This document shows positions 1 to 55,700 of a stretch of 64,000 bases of DNA, piece after piece. Source of the DNA: Podarcis gaigeae. Its lineage: Eukaryota. The DNA lies in the NCBI GenBank assembly GCA_964106915.2, contig OZ066930.1; one strand, written 5' to 3'. The notes below the pieces were generated by a model. It saw nothing but the letters and a program-made list of their open reading frames with translations, did no database searches and was not told where the DNA came from. Made by a program: the position numbers and the translations under genes. Every line of letters begins with the position of its first letter. The first letter of the stretch is position 1.

Positions 1-724
1 GGGTTTTTGCGCTGTGTGTGCTGGGCAACCTCCAATCAGGCTCAGAGCCAACAAACTGAAGTCCCCCCAAACCAGCATTCTTGGAGTCCTTAACATTGCT
101 TCTGAGACCAGTTCTGTCAGCTCAGGCAGGGAGACTGCCGAGCAGTGAGGTAGGCGCTAAACCAGCAGAATACCTAATATGTCCCAATTGCCCAACACCA
201 GGAACACACACTCTAGATTCCACAACTCCCCTTCCCTGACCCTCAAGTCTGTCCTGATGCTGCACCGAGTACCTAGGTGGGCACAGCTGGGTGAGACCAG
301 CTCCACCCTGCTCACCTGCCCAAGTCTCAATGTTACAGACCAGATCAGCCTCTCTGCATCCATAATCAGATAATGGATATGAGAGGTCTTACTCAGAGCT
401 AACCTGGCATTCAGCAACAGCAGCTGCAGACCTGAGGGCTGGCTGATGGCACAGCCACAGTTTCCCAGGTTGGAAAAGGGACTGGTACATGGCACAGTCA
501 ATGCCTGTCCCGTGTGCCCCTTATCTGGCCTGCTGCACCCTCCACACCATCCCTCCCTTTGCCCAGAACCACTGTGATTTGGGTCATCCTGCTCTACCCA
601 GCTCCTCTCTTTTCCAAGCACATCTTAAGTCCATTTATTTAAAACTACAACCCGCATCTATTTAAGAAAACACAAGATTTTTTTTTAATTTAAACATTTT
701 AATCCCCCTGGCTTCTTCAGCAGC

Positions 725-997
725 CTGCCTGATCTTTGCCTCTTGGCCCCCCCCTCCTCTCCAGCCTCCACTTCTTCCTCTAATTCTGGACTGCCTTCTG
801 CCACTGCCTCTTCCTGCTCACTAAACCCTGTTGCCTCTTCTCCTTCTGACACCTCCTCCTCCCAGTTTGCTCCTCCTTCATTCATCATTGTCCCACCACC
901 AACCCCCAGGCTCTGAGCCATCTTCCCTTGGCGGGGGGGGGGGGTGTTCCCCAGCTGGTGCCTCAAACCACTCCTCTGCATCAATAGTGATGATACA
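725..997 (-). mobile_element. Interspersed repeat fragment, probably LTR-derived (purine-rich, gives spurious acidic ORF)
   Basis: Begins TGTA on minus strand; GA-rich body resembling a common lizard repeat; family assignment from recall only. Confidence 0.35.
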
Positions 998-1748
998 CAG
1001 TGTGGCCATTTAAAGAGTTTGTGTGGCACCTTTGGCATACTGTAGCATGGCTTATCCAAACAGAAGAAAGAATTGAGATGAATGAATGTGGAATGGCCGT
1101 TTGGTGAGGAAATAATTTTGATTTTAATTAGGGAAGAAGAAGGGCCAAAAGGGAAGGGGAATGGTGGAGTATTTTCTCTTGCAAGGAGACAAGACTAATG
1201 AATTTACAGCTCTGGGAGATGACCTCTGAGCAGCGTTCTCCAAAGCGCTTGTGCAGAAGTGTTTTCCTTTGTTTAAAAAGCACAACAGCCTTGTATTTTT
1301 CTTTTTTTAAAAAAACCACAGCAGAATGAAGGGAAACATCTGATGAGGGAGGCTTCAGGCAGTCTGTTCTAGTAGGCTCTAACAGTCTGCAGACACACCA
1401 GCACAGCTTTCCAAAAGGGGGAGAAAAGCAACACACATTTCTCTTTCTTTCTTGAGCTGGAATAGTGCTCTCTGTGTGTAAATACAGTTTTGCGTTCTGC
1501 TTCCTCTCATCATGCTTCCCAGCATTCAAGAAGAAATGTGTGGGAGTGCATCTCAATCACTATTAGGGATGGGTGAATCTGTCATTCTCTGACCCTCATT
1601 TTCCCCAGTCTTAAATTAATCTCTCTACAATTCCACATCATCTTGTACATTTTTTTTCTTCGAAAACACCTTACAAAAACTCACCAGCTTTTTAGCATGA
1701 CTTTCTCCTAACATACACATTTTTGTGTGTGCAAATTTGACCAACAGA

Positions 1749-1963
1749 CAGTGGTACCTCGGGTTACATACGCTTCAGGTTACAGACTCCGCTAACCCAG
1801 AAATAGTGCTTCAGGTTAAGAACTTCGCTTCAGGATGAGAACAGAAATCGTGCTCCGGCAGCAGCAGGCCCCATTAGCTAAAGTGGTGCTTCAGGTTAAG
1901 AACAGTTTCAGGTTAAGAACAGACCTCCAGAACAAATTAAGTACTTAACCCGAGGTACCACTG
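1749..1963. mobile_element. Tc1/mariner (Tigger/pogo-like) MITE
   Basis: Perfect 18-bp TIR CAGTGGTACCTCGGGTTA, TA on right flank; same family as 58757-58999. Confidence 0.88.
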
Positions 1964-2054
1964 TACACACTTTTGCAAAGCAATTTCTCAGTGTGTTTTT
2001 GTATGTTATTTTCACAAATACATGCATTTGAGTGTGTGCTTCACCATTCCTATA

Positions 2055-2225
2055 CAGTGGTACCTCGTGTTGCGCAACCTCCAGGTTACGGAATCTTTGG
2101 GTTACGGTCGCGGCAAACCCGGGAGTGGGCTTGCTGCTTGCGCATGCACAGAAGCGGTCCTCCGGTTACCAAATTTTTGGGATGCAGCCGGGCCTCCGGA
2201 ACAGATCCCATTTGTAACCGGAGGT
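2055..2225. mobile_element. Tc1/mariner MITE, right TIR clipped
   Basis: TA-CAGTGGTACCTC start, ends aaccggaggta; homologous to 56532-56736. Confidence 0.75.
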
Positions 2226-2559
2226 ATATGCATTTGGTACTAGAGAACTACATCACAAAATTCAGAGAAGTGCAAATTTCAAACGAAGGCTGTGTTACAG
2301 TTCCAAAATTGTTACGGAAATTGAGGATTAGGGAGGTTTGGATTAAAAAGTGAACTGGATTGAATTTTTACCCTACGCTCGATGGAAGCATTTTTATTGT
2401 TGCTTTTGTTAGCAATTTGCAATCCCCTCAAACATACCTGTTGGTTTTGTTGTTGCATGCAATACCACCATGTAGCTCTTTTGGGGACTCGCTCTGCCCT
2501 TGTTCCCACCATATTCACAGCACCTGGTTCATTAGGATGCTTATGGTTTATGGTTGCCA

Positions 2560-2700
2560 TCAATTTTGATTTTAATTAATTTTTATAATGTTTTTATAAT
2601 GTTGCACTGTTTTAGTGTTGTTAGCCGCCCTGAGCCCGGCTTCGGCTGGGGAGGGCGGGATATAAATAAAATTTATTTATTTATTTTATTATTATTATTT
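2560..2700 (+). mobile_element. LINE (L2-like) 3' end with (TTA)n-type tail
   Basis: gccgccctgagccc...ggagggcgggatataaataaaa followed by ttta/tta repeats. Confidence 0.55.
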
Positions 2701-3442
2701 TAGTGGGTCTTGCTGGGTGCAGTACCCATGCGTGGTGGTGGTCTCTCTTCAAGAATGTTGCTTCCCATATATATTCAGCCATTTTTCTCTATGGTTGTGG
2801 AATCTTAACACGGCCCTCCTCTCCTCACCTACCCCATAAAGCTTTTCTGGTGTTATATTCTAAGCCATTGTTTCTACAGCTCCGGCACTGGGAGGGGGGG
2901 CACCCTGCTGAGCTGACAGCTGTGTCGCTTGAAACAATGGTGGGAGTTAATGGGCCAAAAGGCTCATCAGTGTTTTTCCCATTAAAAGTATTTTTAAAAA
3001 TACATATAAATAATGTGATGACCATAACTTTTCTCTCTCCACTCAAGTATCGAGTAAATTATTGCTGCGTTATCCTGTTGTAAATGAGACCACAGGATCA
3101 TAAACTTTTGTTAGTTTTGGCTGCTCTCTGGTTTGGCAGCCCATTAAACCAATCCATTATTAGTGCGAGTGCAGAGGTGCAGGCCCTTTTTTCGGGGGGG
3201 GGGGGGGAGAGGCTGCGTTAGCTGGTGCGGAAGCTTTTGTCGGCCTGCCAAGTGAGGTGGCTATAATCTGAATGGCTTTTTGTGCATGTGTCTTTGACAG
3301 TGTGGGCCACAAACAAAGCTTGGATATGGATTTCAGATGCTTAGGTGCATGTGTCCTCTCTGGCTGTTGAGCAGCCCCATGAGCAGGTGGAGCATGTTGT
3401 AGAGTGACAAAGACTGTACCATTTGAAGCTGCCCGTGAAGGG

Positions 3443-3600
3443 GCTGTAGGGGAAAGGGATCATATAGCTCAGCGGCAGAAACCTCAGTCTGAAACCTTGG
3501 AAAGATGCTCCCAGACAGTGTAATGAGCTTGGGGGGGGGGGGAGGAGGAGTAGAGGAGGGAGAAACCAGTGGTCTGACTCTATAAGCCAGCTTCCTATAT
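3443..3600 (+). mobile_element. Old tRNA-derived SINE (Squam3-like)
   Basis: tagctcag A-box-like head, ggtctgactc...gcagcttcct tail; relatives near 13920-14100, 20455-20585, 49715-49850, 58445-58630 and 61378-61555. Confidence 0.6.
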
Positions 3601-3656
3601 CCTTTGATTTTTTTTTTTACCACAGCCTTCTTGTAGAAGGCAAGCATGTAAAGGAC

Positions 3657-3945
3657 GAGCCTGGATAGCTCAGCCAGTTAGTAGAGCATGGTGCTGATAA
3701 CACCAAGGTTGCAGGTTCAATCCCAGTATGGGACAACTGCATATCCCGGCATTGCAGGGGGTCAGACTGGATGATCCTCAGGGTCCCTTCCAACTCTGCA
3801 ATTCTGTATCAGCTAGATAGCTCAATTGGGTAGAGCGTGGTGCTAACACAAGTGTTGCAGGGTTGATCCCTATAAGGGGCAGCTGCAAATTCTTACATTG
3901 CAGGGGGTTGGACTAGATGATTCTCAGGGTCACTTCCAACACCTA
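3657..3945 (+). mobile_element. Two tandem tRNA-derived SINEs with CR1-type 3' tail (POM-SINE-like)
   Basis: Two ~140-150-bp units (3657-3808, 3809-3945), each with A/B-box-like head and cattgcagggg..gactagatga..cccttccaac tail matching the CR1 end at 60486. Confidence 0.8.
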
Positions 3946-4058
3946 TTCTGTTCTAATCTAATCTAATCTAATATCGTAGTTCTGGGATTCTTGGGGATTT
4001 TTCTTCACATTACCCTTCTACTTTGAACTACTACATTCATCTGCATGTGGAACTCAGT

Positions 4059-4223
4059 TAGGGTTGCCGTATTTCAAAAAGTGAAAATGAAAATCAGGAC
4101 ACAAAGAAGTTGTTGAGCTCTCTCCCCCCTCCCCGGACATTTCAGCATTTTTGTCCCCACACACCGGTTCTGATGGCCTAATCCTGCCTATGTCCGGGCA
4201 ATTCTGGACGTATGGCAACCTTA
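4059..4223. mobile_element. hAT (Blackjack-like) MITE
   Basis: TIR TAGGGTTGCC / GGCAACCTTA with internal ccggaca subterminal motifs. Confidence 0.7.
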
Positions 4224-4501
4224 CAATTAGTACCCCATAGTTCCCGTCTTGAGGCTCCGCTGTGGGGTTGGGAGCTTGTTTCGTCATCCCCTCGCCGCTG
4301 CCGCCGCCTAGGTGCCATGCAAATCTCCCTCCTCCTGTTGTAAAACACAGTCTGGCACTCGGAAGATCTAGTTAGCATGTGCCTGTAGTAAAATGTGCCT
4401 GACTGAAATGAAATGTGAAGTGTAACTGCCTACCCCAAAGCATGCACTGCTCCATCATGTCCCCCCATCCTGCCCTCCCTGAATAAAATGCACACTGTGG
4501 G

Positions 4502-4502
<1 letters not shown>

Positions 4503-4571
<69 letters not shown>
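4503..4571. repeat. Compound microsatellite (TG)n(TA)n
   Basis: Direct reading. Confidence 0.97.
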
Positions 4572-4573
<2 letters not shown>

Positions 4574-5744
4574 TGTTGTCTCCTATGACTGCTCCTTGTC
4601 TTCCCTTGGGAGGAGAGATATTATGTGTGTGTGTAGCCAGGGTGTTGACAGCTGGGCATCGGGATTTCTCCAGGAGCTGCTGCTCCAGCTGCTTCTTGTT
4701 GGAGGAGTACCGGTAATCCTTGTGTCACTTGTCAGGATGTCGGCTGCTCGCCACCACAGTAATAGAGCTCCTGGGCGCAGCTGGTGAAAAGCCAACCTTT
4801 CCCTGTCATCTCCTGCAAAGTGCTCCAAAGGATCAAATGTTTCAGCCAGCAATGCGAGAACAACAGAAAAAACTGAAAGGGACCACGCGGCCCTTCTGCA
4901 AGAAAGGATGGCACTCACATCCCACTGGGTGACAGCGTTCCATTACCCAGGAAAAGGGGCCAGCCACCGCTTCCACCTTTTTGCTGGAAAATGGTCATTC
5001 ACAGACCCTGCTAGGAACTCTGATTTAACAGCAAGTTTTCCAGCAGGCAACAGGGTCTGGGGTGGGGCAGCTCCATCACCACAGAGTTGGTTATCTGTTT
5101 GGTAGAGGAAAGGAGTATTTGGAGGTGCCTTTGTGGCAGAGATCTGTGCTGCCTGAGCACAAGCAAACAGGCTGACTCAGCTAATTGGCTTTGGCAGGTG
5201 GATCCAGTAGCTAACCCAGGCAAACTGAAAAGCCAGGCAGGGCAATCTGTGCCCAGCCAGTTGGCAACCTCACTGCTAACAGAGACGAACTGATAAATAA
5301 TTAGCAAGGTGGCATTCGTGTCCTATTTCACAAGTTCTTCCAGTGCTCATTACTCTGGGGCTGGCTCTGGTCAGGGGCTGTTTGGTGAGAGTTTTGCCGC
5401 AGCACTTGAAAGTCAAAATGGACCTCGCGGAAGTGCCGGTAAATGAACACAAAATGAAAACAAGATTGCACCCAGATACATAAACAAACCGTCTACCAGT
5501 GGGCCTCAAATTGCACGTATCTTGAATCCCGTGATACATGTTTTAGTTAAAGTACAGCAAAGGAGGGGATAACTGTGTAAGCCCGAGGGAGGAGACTCTT
5601 GTAAAGTGACCTCACTTGCAAGCTTTGCCAGCACATGTTAAAGGATCAGTCTGCACAGATTACTTTTAAGTGCTCTTTCAACAGCAGGTGCCAGAAGTAA
5701 CAGAAGGTAACTCCTTTTCTTAAGCTTGCATGTGGCTTTGATGG

Positions 5745-5750
5745 TTTATT
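5745..5750 (-). promoter_or_regulatory. Candidate distal polyadenylation signal AATAAA
   Basis: tttatt on plus strand within the TE-free region downstream of the gene. Confidence 0.35.
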
Positions 5751-7101
5751 TTTTTACAGGCCACTCCTGCTCTCTTTCTCTCACCCCCCCCCCCCTTGCA
5801 TCAGTTAAGGCCTCAAACCACAGTTTGGATTTTCCATTATGTTCTGAAATGGTAGTCTGTAATTTCACCTTGTCATTTCCACACAGACACACGCAGCCCC
5901 TCTCTTCCTTGTAACACAGTGTGTTGCTAGAAAACGGCGTATTGCTGATAAAATATTGATCGTGGCAGCTTTACGGGGTTGTGAACTCAGCAGGGGCAAT
6001 GTCCTTTGAAGTTTCTCTGATTTCCTTCAGGATTTTCTTGGGCAAAAAAACTAAGCGGATTCCAGATGCAGAATTGCTCAGCCTGCAAAAAAAAAACAAA
6101 ACCCTACCCCACCCCTTAAAAAAACCGCCACCCTCTTTTTGTGAGAACCCTGCACTGTGAATTCACATCTGTCTCTCTTTGCAGAGGGTAATAATAATGC
6201 AAACACAGAGCAAATGCCTATGATAAAAACTGTAGAAAAGGTAGCTGGACATGGTGTATATTATAGTTCACCGCCGTTAGTGTCTGTCTCTTGCTACACC
6301 TCCTCCCAATTTTATCTACTTCACAAATTAGACCAAATGGAATTGTAGGACAAGTTAACTCGCACCCCACACTCCAGTCTGAACACAACTGCATAACAGG
6401 TGAGGCTACTCTTAGATGTCCTTTAGGAGGGGGTCAGCAGCTGGAAGTCCATACAGTCTGGTTGTGTCTATTTTTTTTGGGTGGAGGGAACTTAAGATTA
6501 ATTGCCCCCTTCCCCCCCAAACCAGTTGTTCATTGGAAACGTGTGCTTAGGTGAACGGGGACAGATACATGGTTTTTGTGCCTCCCCACCTGTTCACCTG
6601 TGTGTAGCGTGGTACATCATGTAGCACCCAAAACTCTGCCCAGATTCCATGACTCTCCCACATGCAACATGGGCCATGAGCATCTTTGAACCAGGGAGAC
6701 TGCAAGCAAAGAACCAGCAGATGCTCAGCTGAGCCACATGACTCTTTAACGGTCCAAATTCGCCAAAGGTTTAGTGGCGTTAATAGGCTGAGCACGTTCA
6801 TCAATAAACCATTTACTCTCCCTCTCCCTCCCGGCAGTCGCTCTGACTAGATCTGACACACAAACACTTAACTACCTTTTTCATCCAAAATCAATGTTGT
6901 ATTTATCTTCAATGATCTACAAAGAAACCAAATGTTTAAAATTACAAGGCAGGGAAAAGGATATTTGCCGGGTGGGGGTAGGGAGGAAGGAAAGGAAAGG
7001 AAATACAGAGTCAAGAGAAGAAAACATCAGCAGATGTTTGAATTAACTAGAAAGCAGAAACCCAGAATATAAAAATGTGAATACTGGATATATATATTTT
7101 T

Positions 7102-7138
7102 GGAAGGAAGGAAGGAAGGAAGGAAGGAAGGAAGGAAG
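7102..7138. repeat. (GGAA)n microsatellite
   Basis: Direct reading. Confidence 0.95.
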
Positions 7139-7798
7139 GGGCACAATGCCCATATATATCCTTAGCAGGATGAGGGGTCTGGTCTGGTTTGGTGTAAATA
7201 CAACTAGCGGCTGCATATGTACGGTACTTTCCTTCTCTGATCCAAATCTGTGCAGAGCCCTTCTAAGCAAAGTCTAAAGTTTTCCACTTGGGGGTTCCAT
7301 CTCCCTGCTCTGCTTTTCCTGCAAATGAAAAATTTGAGGGACAGCAGCTTTTTTTTAAAAAAGGGACTCTGTATATGCCCCGTTGAACTGAGCCATAGCA
7401 AAATTCACATACGAAAAGTAATATTATAAATCAAATGGTGGCCAAATAAAGCAGCAGCAACACAACTCCAAACGTCCGAGGCCAAACTCACGTGGAAACA
7501 AGCATTTGACTATGGTCATTGCAAACTACAGGTGAACGTGTCAAGTATCTTAAATTAACCCTTTGGACTTCTTTCCCCCAATGCCTCATATTTTTATAAA
7601 CCCATAGGGATCCACAGGAGAGAGTGCTTCCTTTCTCACGTGCCTGACATCAACAAAGGACTGCAGCCCACTTCCCCCACTCTCTGGCAGGGGAGAGAAG
7701 TGGGGCCAAGAGAAAGAGATTTGTCGCATACTGGTGTATCAGTTGTGTCTGTGTAGCAGAAACTTCAGTAATAAGATAACCTGGATCTTTTCCTTACG

Positions 7799-7804
7799 TT
7801 TATT
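7799..7804 (-). promoter_or_regulatory. Candidate proximal polyadenylation signal AATAAA
   Basis: tttatt on plus strand about 1.1 kb downstream of the stop. Confidence 0.6.
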
Positions 7805-8871
7805 GAACATCCGTGTGTTATGCACACAAAACAAAAATTGAAATTATGATTTAGATAAACACTGTAGGGTTTGTTTTGCGGTAGAACAAGTTTCCTCTTC
7901 CCGTAACGATCGCCCTTTTCCTACGAAGCTGCATGCTTACATTGAATGCATCTGGGGTGGTTTTTCTGGGTATATGTGTGTAGTTTTGTAAATGCTTTTT
8001 TTGCCTACCCTCACATCAACCAGGACCTGCCTCCAAGTTATTTTGCATAGTTGAAGGTTTTGTGCCATAGTTGGGGTTCTTTGTTTTTAAAGACAGTGAC
8101 AATGATGCGTTGGAATAATGTTAACAAATAACCAGAGAGTGGTTCTAAAAACCATTTTTTATAAAGTCTACCTATGTTAAGAATTCAATATTGGTGTACA
8201 TTTATATTAACAGAATATTTACATATTGTTTTCTTTTTTGTTGTTTAAAACAAGAAGTCAAAAAAAATTTCATTTCTCCATAATATAAGGCAAAACCAAA
8301 CAATTTTGTACATTATTATTATTATTATTATTATTTTAATATATATCTGTAACTTCAGTTCCAAAGTACCAAGAGAAAGTGAGTGGCCTCAATTCGGGAA
8401 CCTCACAGTGGACTGTACAAAACTACAGTATTTCCATAAATAATACTTTCAGAAACCCTGGGTGTGTATTTTGTATTTACTTAAGGATCTGAGGCCATTA
8501 AAATTTAAACTAAAAAAAAAAAGCTCTTTATGTAAATAAAGAGCACACAAAATTTAACAAAAAATACAAATTCATTAAAAATGCTTCTCACATTTGGGAA
8601 AAAATGTACAAACCTGGTAATATTTTAACTCAGCACAGAAGCAAAAACAAAACGAAGAAATAAAGACCTATATATTAAATTTCAATTTTCAGCAACCATT
8701 TGCTTGGAAGGTTCGTAACCTATAACCCTCCCGCTCCCCAATTATTTATGGAACTGTGCTTAATTTCTACAAATTTTACAGTTAAAAAAAAGTTTACAGC
8801 AGTGCATTTTTAAAAGGTCTCTTCCCCCCCTCCCTCTTTTATATTTACAGGTGAGTTTTAAAATTCATCCT

Positions 8872-8898
8872 GTTTGTTTGTTTGTTTGTTTGTTTGTT
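8872..8898. repeat. (TTTG)n microsatellite just downstream of the stop codon
   Basis: Direct reading. Confidence 0.92.
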
Positions 8899-8903
8899 AG
8901 GGA

Positions 8904-51686
<42,783 letters not shown>

Positions 51687-51806
51687 CTTCAAGAACAAGG
51701 AACAAGGCAAAGGTTATGTGGTAAAGCATCCCGATGATGCATTTGGATCTCAGCATGCTAAGGTGGAAAGGATTTTAAGCGTATTGTCTAGCAGTAGCAT
51801 GTTGTT

Positions 51807-52169
51807 GGGACGCAGGTGGCGCTGTGGGTTAAAGCCTCAGCGCCTAGGACTTGCCGATTGAAAGGTCGGCGGTTCGAATCCCTGCGGCGGGGTGCGCTCC
51901 CGCTGCTCGGTCCCAGCGCCTGCCAACCTAGCAGTTCGAAAGCACCTCCGGGTGCAAGTAGATAAATAGGGACCGCTTACCAGCGGGAAGGTAAACGGCG
52001 TTTCCGTGTGCGGCTCTGGCTCGCCAGAGCAGCGATGTCACGCTGGCCACGTGACCCGGAAGTGTCTCCGGACAGCGCTGGCCCCTGGCCTCTTAAGTGA
52101 GATGGGCGCACAACCCCAGAGTCTGTCAAGACTGGCCCGTACGGGCAGGGGTACCTTTACCTTTACCTT
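51807..52169 (+). mobile_element. Sauria SINE, full length, young
   Basis: GGGACGC start, B box GGTTCGAATCCC, (ACCTTT)3 tail, perfect 12-bp TSD tagcatgttgtt (51795-51806 / 52170-52181). Confidence 0.95.
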
Positions 52170-52678
52170 TAGCATGTTGTTATTTACCGCCAAGACCATC
52201 TCAAGGGCTCAGGCATGAATTCTGGATTTACATGGCTGTTTTTTCCATTGACACAGAGATTTTTTATCCAATTGCAGCATCCCTTGTTGTCCCCTCAAAC
52301 TGAGGTACAGAACAAGAGGCTGGCTCAAGTTTCCCTCGTTGGGGCCGGGGACTCTTCTCCCTGCTTATGGCTGGCTCACGTGGTTCTAAGCAACTGGAAA
52401 GAAGCAAGTTCTTCCTTCAACAGGAGGACGGCAGAAAAAATGGTGGCAGAGAACTGAAGTAAACTGACATTATATTAACTGTCCCAGATTCTTTTATAGT
52501 AAGAAATTCACTGGGGAACTGGTACCATTCCTTAGATAATGGAATACAACCAATCTATTTGAAAATGTAAGTCAAGATTTGCCCAATGTGGTATATTATG
52601 CTGATTATGTTAAACAGATTATAGGAGAGAATTCTGATGATTGCTAGTTCTTTGAATCCCATTTGATGGCTAATTTTT

Positions 52679-52682
<4 letters not shown>

Positions 52683-52723
<41 letters not shown>

Positions 52724-52725
52724 AT
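52683..52725. repeat. (AAAT)n microsatellite
   Basis: Direct reading. Confidence 0.94.
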
Positions 52726-55700
52726 ATAATTGAACAGCCCTGTTACCCTTCATATGTTTTGTCTTTTTTTTTTGTTTTTTAAATAGACATTATAAAACTG
52801 CAGAGTTCCCCTTTCCCATACCACCACGCTCGAATTTTCCAAAACTGGTTTTTAGTATCTCTTCAGTGAGACTAACATCCTATTTTAGACTTCACTTGCG
52901 ACATTGCTCCCTCGCCAGGTCTACCACCAAATTCCATTTTAGGTAGAAATAAGTAGCAACACTAGACAAGAGCTGCTTGGAAGTGGGTAACTTTGCAGGT
53001 ATATGTTACAAAATTTAAGACACACACATTTCCTTTCCATCAGGAATGCCCACTGCTCTTCTAGACAGCTAACATTGTACTGTGTCAGTTTCAGTAATGC
53101 TCACATTTACCTTGGATTTTTGCACCCACCAATAAAGTGCATTTTATTAAAACGTACAGTTCTGGTCTTGATAATAAATATAAATGGCACCAAGGACACT
53201 TTTTGTTTGGCTGGCCCTTCAAAAGCTGTAATTTTTAAAAAGAATCTGTATGTAATATATCAAACTTCAGTGGCATGGTAACTAGCAGCTACATAAATAT
53301 ATTTCCCCAGCAAACATTTTCTTGATGTAAATACTCATTCAGCTATGGCCACAATGAGCCAGACTTATTCAGTGAACCAAAGATTGGACATTGCCTGAAC
53401 TCCCACATTAGCCAAGGACATGTTGGGAGCTTTGGAATACTCAGTCTTGGTTCCCAACCTGTAAAATGGGAATTTAAAGACCCACTCCTTAAATCTGTGG
53501 TGTTGATAAATGAGATTATGCCTAATTCCTGCTGGGTATGGGGGATCCCCTAATTTAACCACCTGAATCAATTCACATACTGAAATAATAGAATTGTAAA
53601 ATTGGAAGGGACCTTGAGGATCATTTAGTCCAACCCCTTGCAATGCAGGAATCTCATTTGAAATTTCCAGACCTCAAATTCGGTGTTGTTCTTCTTCAAC
53701 TTAAAAAAGTATATAATAGGGGGAAATGCACTAAGAAATGTGTATGATTTATTTATTTATCCTTATAAAAATGTTTATATACTGCTGTATCATAAAAATA
53801 TATCAGCAGTTTACAACAATATAAAAATTTATGGACCTAAAACATTTTTTTGCCTAGGGGGGTGCAGATAAGGAAATTAGAGAACTGAATTTTAGTCTGG
53901 AAAAATGAGAAGCCACATATGAAAGATTTGTCCATCCACCTGTCCTGGTGACAGTAGGTGCAATATGACAGAATGTTCTTCCCTAAAAGGTGATATTTTT
54001 GTTCAATCACAGCATTCTTCCTCCATACAAAAAACGCTTAGAAAATGAGCAAGTTGTGGAGAACCAGTCTTCCTACAGCAATTGTTTATCTGGTATGGAT
54101 CACCATTCAGATAGTTATGTGAGCTCCTACCTGCTGTCTGAACTGGGAAAGCTCAAACACCATTTCCCCACCTTAGCAACGAATAGACCAAAGACTATGA
54201 CGGAAAAAACAGATTTTAATGATTCATCAAAAATTCAGTGATGCCTATTTGGGTGGTTTGAGAATGATGCTGTACGAGAAGAGTAGCCATGTACAGTAAT
54301 GTAGCTTTAATAATCTCATACTTTGGGGGACCCAGAAACATGCCAACAGCTATAATAGAAGGTCCCTTGAAAGTACCAGTAACACAATCTCTTGGGAAGT
54401 GTTTATTCCCACCCCCTTATTTTAACTTTGCCAATCATGCAACCCACACTCACAGATATCAGGCTGCTGTATCTTGGTGGGCACCTATCTGGTGTCTTAC
54501 TGTTACCACTTGTCATTGCACTCTCTATTCATAACCAAACAGCTCCAACTTGAGAACTGAAGGTGGAGGTTGAGCATGATTCAACGTGGCTAACGCCATT
54601 GCACACAACCACTGCAGCTATCAGTAAAGATTTGCTACAAATGAATCGGCATAAGCATTCCACATGGAAAACCTGATGAGCTATTTTTCACTGATGTGAC
54701 AAGAGTCCCAGAACAAGTAAAATTACCATAAAGAAAAGAGGCCCTCTGGGCATGTTCCTTCATGATTTGATAAGCACAGGCAATGCTAATGCACAGGAAG
54801 CCGACTTATACTGAGTAAAAGAATTGGTCCATCTAACTTAGTATCAGCTGCACCAGCGGTTCTCAAGCTTCCTATTTTCCTTGAAAATGGCTGAGGGCCT
54901 CAGCAGACCACTTAGCAAACTCTGCCTCAGATGTTGACCTTTGGCCTCTGATATAAACAACCATGATATTCACCACCCTATACTGGAACATTCCAATGAT
55001 AGAAATGTGTTTATTTTTACCAAGTTCTAGAGTAGTTAATTTTCATGCCTCATGATAACAGGCTGAGCCAATTTGCCTAAGACTCAACAGTCAGCTCCAA
55101 TATTTCAACCTTAATTAAAGCTGAACTCACGTCAGCTTAGCTCTTTCCTTCACAGAGTATCTGACATTTACAATGATTTGTGTATCTGCCGAGCCACACT
55201 GAAGGCTAGATCGCATTAGCCCTTTCCCACTCCCCCACAACCAGACACAACATTGTCCCCCTCCCACTTTTTAGCATGCTGACTTTGCTTGTTTTCTAAC
55301 TAGAATCCCAGGATGCAAAACGCTCCTTAACAAAGGGCATAACAGTCTCTCATTATAGAAACATTTGTGTACAACAGCCCACGGGGTATCCATCACACAG
55401 TCTTACGTGATCCTGCCTCTTTTTATTGCAATATCTGAACACTTCCAAACCATTAATGCATTTGTCCTTGTGACACTCCTGTAAGGCATAAAAAGGCTAT
55501 AATTCTTATTCTACACATGGGAGAACAATGGCATACAAGGCCATCTCATCCGCTGCATGAATGGGGCCTATGTCCTGGGTGCTAGCCTTGAGACGGATGC
55601 CCAGCTATCATAATTTATTGGACGTGCTTTGCTGTATTTTCTGAATAAGGCTGAAACCGCAGCAGCACTCCTCCTCCTAAGCACTTTACTCCTTTGATAA

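Larger units (their letters stand above)
1562..2322. repeat. Old unclassified lizard interspersed repeat interrupted by two MITEs
   Basis: Continuous T-rich repeat-like sequence resumes on both sides of each MITE. Confidence 0.4.
7780..8903 (-). other. FBRSL1: FBRSL1 3'UTR (proximal form)
   Basis: AT-rich, TE-free sequence after the stop; AATAAA on minus strand at 7799-7804; exact cleavage site inferred. Confidence 0.65.

Noticed and set aside
685-1059. 124-aa acidic ORF (EEEVSEGEE...)
   Set aside because: Arises from a purine-rich interspersed repeat; no splice context or protein family recognised
3657-3735. tRNA-like sequence with A/B boxes
   Set aside because: Head of a SINE, continues into a CR1-type tail and is duplicated; no clean cloverleaf
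4583-4918. 111-aa minus-strand ORF downstream of FBRSL1
   Set aside because: No recognisable homology or splice signals; overlapping ORFs in several frames suggest chance
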